This document shows, piece by piece, positions 61,001-64,000 of a stretch of 64,000 bases of DNA. Under the pieces are notes generated by a model that was not told the origin of the DNA, did no database searches, and saw only the letters and a program-made list of their open reading frames with translations. The stretch is from Hemiscyllium ocellatum (taxonomy: Eukaryota). The DNA lies in contig NC_083404.1 in NCBI RefSeq assembly GCF_020745735.1, positions 37,323,731-37,387,730 of the forward strand. The letters are read 5' to 3'. The stretch's first letter is position 1, and every line of letters begins with the position of its first letter. The translations under genes were made by a program, and so were the position numbers.

Positions 61001-64000
61001 AAGGGGGCACAACTTGAGAGTAAGGAATTTGTTGCTCTAGACTAGGATGGCAAGAAACTTCTTCCTTGCAGATGGTGAATCTGTGGAAATTTCTATCCCA
61101 AACTATTGAAGTTTGGTCTATAACTGAGTATGTTGAAACTCAGATGACCAGAATTTTGTCCTTTCAGAGAGACAGGGATGAGGGGAGTTGAGGCAGATCA
61201 TCGATCAAAATCGTAATATGTGTTGGTTTAGGCTGCAGCAATCATGCTTTACTCCTATTCCTGTTTCTTATTTTAACTCTTGCCTTCTCCTCTATTTTGT
61301 ACTTCCTATGGCCGTTTGAAATGAATGCAGATGAATCGACCATGATTAAAACAATGAATTTCCTTTGGTGTCCTGACCAATATTTATCTTCAACTACCGT
61401 CACTAACCTAGATCTTTAACGTTTACCTTACTGCCCGTTGAGGGATCTTGTGAGCAACTTGGCCGCATCATGTCTGTGATTTACAACGGCTTTAATAATA
61501 TGAACGTTTTTAGGAAATGTCCTGCTCATGAAATATAAAATAGAAACTGAGAGCACAGTAGTCTATTTAGCTTTTCGAACCTGTTCAGCTTGCAATATGG
61601 TCATGGCTGGTCCGATAGCTCAGTGCCATATTCCCCCACTCGCCCCACACCCCTTGGTGCCTTCAGAAGAGAAAAAGAAACTATGTCTTGCAAGATGTAA
61701 CGTAAATACTAATACTTTCGAACCCATTCCATCCAGATCCACATTTGAAGCGCTGGATAATTCATGTGCTCCAAAGTCAGGTCAATCCGCTCACTTATGT
61801 GAAATGTATCCGTCATCTGACGCAGAAGTGTAATCCCTCTTAAAAAACGTACACATCCTGCACGTTCTTCATTCAATCCTGTGCTGAGGAAATGTTCAAC
61901 AAAGTTTCACCCTGCTGTCCAAAGTTAAATAAAAAATGTGCCAGAAACTCATGTACTGTGTTGTTGGATGTCTTTCCTGATCTAACAACCGGCGTCATTT
62001 TAACTCGGAAGCCATCAGTTCCAAACAGCTGGTCCCCAGCCGCCAGTGTCTACTCTAAATGTTCATCTTCGTTTGAATTCACTGTATAAGTGAAGTCTCC
62101 GTAGTCCTAGAGGGCTATAGGGCTTATTTCTTATTGAGAGACAGAGTTGACTGATGATGGTTTAACCTGAGGGTCACCGCGCCTCACGTTTGGGTGAAAA
62201 GTTAAGTAGAGCCCTTCATAGTAACATCAGCTCGAGTAGGAACTGAATCCAAGCTGGGGGCGTCACTCTGCATTGTGAATCAACTGACGAGCCAATAGGC
62301 CTAACAAAGCCCTAGTAGGGAATAAAGGAAACGTTCCAACATTGCCACAATTTCAAATACTGTGCGCACTCACGCAGCTGCTTTACGCTGGGTTGCATCA
62401 GAAGGTTCACTGAGGCCACATGGGGAAAAGTTATCATTCCCAATTTTCTTTGATATTGGAGGATGCTTTTGTTGTTTACCTGTTCGAAATCCTGCAATTA
62501 CACCAATAGATGACATTCCAATATTGACCGGATTCTGGAGAGGTTCCAGTCAATTAGAAAAATGCTAATACACTCCCTTCAAAGGACCAGTCTGTTTAAT
62601 ATCTGACGTTGGAGCATTGTTAGAATTCATTATTAAGAATGTAGTAAGATGACATTTGTAAAGTCAAAATGCAATTCTGGAGAGTCGGGATGATGTACTG
62701 AAGCGTAAATCATATTTCATTCATTTGCTAGAGTGCTTGAAGATGTCAAAAAAATGCATAATGGGGGTTCTGTAGATGTAACCTTTATAGGCTTCTAGAA
62801 GGCATTTGATGAGGCGCGACAGGAAACCTTATGTAAGGTAAGATCACGTGGGGTTTGAGGCAATACACGAGGATGGATAAAGGGTAACCCACGAGAGAGC
62901 AGAGTCCAAATAAATACGCCTTCTTCTGGTTGGCAAGATCTAACTAGTGTGGTGCCACAGGATCGACCTTCCGTCAAACCTTGTACAATCTTTGTCAAAG
63001 ACCTCGATACATCAATAGAATGGACTATGATCACATTTGTAGGTGATACCAGAATAAGCGGGAAAATAAGTTGCAATGAAGAAATAAGAAAAATATAAAT
63101 GGATGCAGGTATCTTTAGGAAATCAACCGAAATTCAGCACATGGGGCTAAACGTGGATAAATGTGAAGTTATTCATGTTGGTCAGAAGAATAAAAAGGCG
63201 ACTTATTTCCTAAATTGAGAAAAACATCAATATTCTTTAGTGGAGTGGGGTCTGAGAGCCCGGGTGCATGTGTATGTTCTATGTTCCAATAAGGAAGCAA
63301 GTAGCATTTTGGCATTTACTGCTAAAGGAATGGGGTAGAACAAAGATTGTTGTTGCAATTGTACAAAGCCATTGGTGAGACTACATCCACACAGTTTTGA
63401 CACCCTTACTTCAGGAAAGATTTAATTGCACGGGGGAGAGTTCAGAGGAGGTTCTCAAGATTAATTCCAGAGTCAAGAGGTTTGTTTTATAAGGATTGAT
63501 TGTGCAGTTGAGGCCTTTCTTCTCTAGACTTCAGAAAAACGAGAGAAGATCTAATTGAATTATAGTTTCAAACTAGTGGGGGGCGGGGGCAGATTTAAAA
63601 CAGAAATGAGGATGAATTGCTTTTCTCAAAGGCTGTAGGATTTAGTACCCCATAGTGTGTGAACGCCAGGGTACGAAGTCAATTTCTAAGTTGGAAGCAG
63701 GTAAATTTTGAATTAGTAATAGGTTAAAGAATTTTGGGGGTCGGACAGGAAAGTGGAGTCGAGGACGAGATGAGATTAATCATGGTAGTGTTAAATGGCC
63801 GAATATGCTCAAGGGTCCGAATTGCCTACACCTGCTCCTGATTATTCTGTTCTCATGTTCTATTGGATAGCCCGTGTGACGATGATTCTTAGAGGACAAC
63901 GATGCATTGACAATAAGCTTAACATCAACCAGCCATTCATGAACCACAGCTCACACCCAACCCCATCCGCTATGAGGTCATGTGAGCAACCTGTGGAAAA

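Larger units (their letters stand above)
53681..64000 (+). repeat. Older segmental duplication, unit E (runs off the window)
   Basis: Collinear with D; window end matches 48743; contains V4, which is absent from D. Confidence 0.88.

Noticed and set aside
1-64000. J segments, C exons, tRNA/rRNA genes, CRISPR arrays
   Set aside because: No 12-RSS with FGxG and no C-domain exon was seen by eye; tRNA-like sequences are SINE heads; the DNA is eukaryotic with no repeat-spacer array.

Overview
Eukaryotic genomic DNA from a cartilaginous fish, inferred from HE1/V-SINEs, HER1/CR1-type LINEs and shark-type Penelope repeats. The window is part of the V-segment array of a rearranging antigen-receptor locus, best read as T-cell receptor gamma (TRG). 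Seven V gene segments in four families lie on the minus strand, each with a leader exon, intron, V exon ending YYC-x-x-W and a 23-type RSS. Two orphan leader exons are also present. No J or C segment is visible; they would lie left of the window. The array was built by nested tandem duplications with microhomology junctions: units A 1031-18988 and B 18984-34456 (very recent), an older partial copy C 34950-38441, and units D 39671-53688 and E 53681->64000. The most notable observations are four. (1) A complete, young, TSD-flanked L1-type element with a YY1 5' end and an intact ORF1 but no ORF2 (half-L1/HAL1-like). (2) Reciprocal damage to V genes between the two recent duplicates: a stop at the CDR3 Trp in one unit and a 19-bp RSS spacer in the other. 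(3) A fold-back Penelope terminal-repeat insertion carrying hammerhead-ribozyme motifs. (4) Traces of V-gene birth and death, including orphan leaders and a cleanly missing V gene. All alignments were done by eye, so percent identities are estimates.
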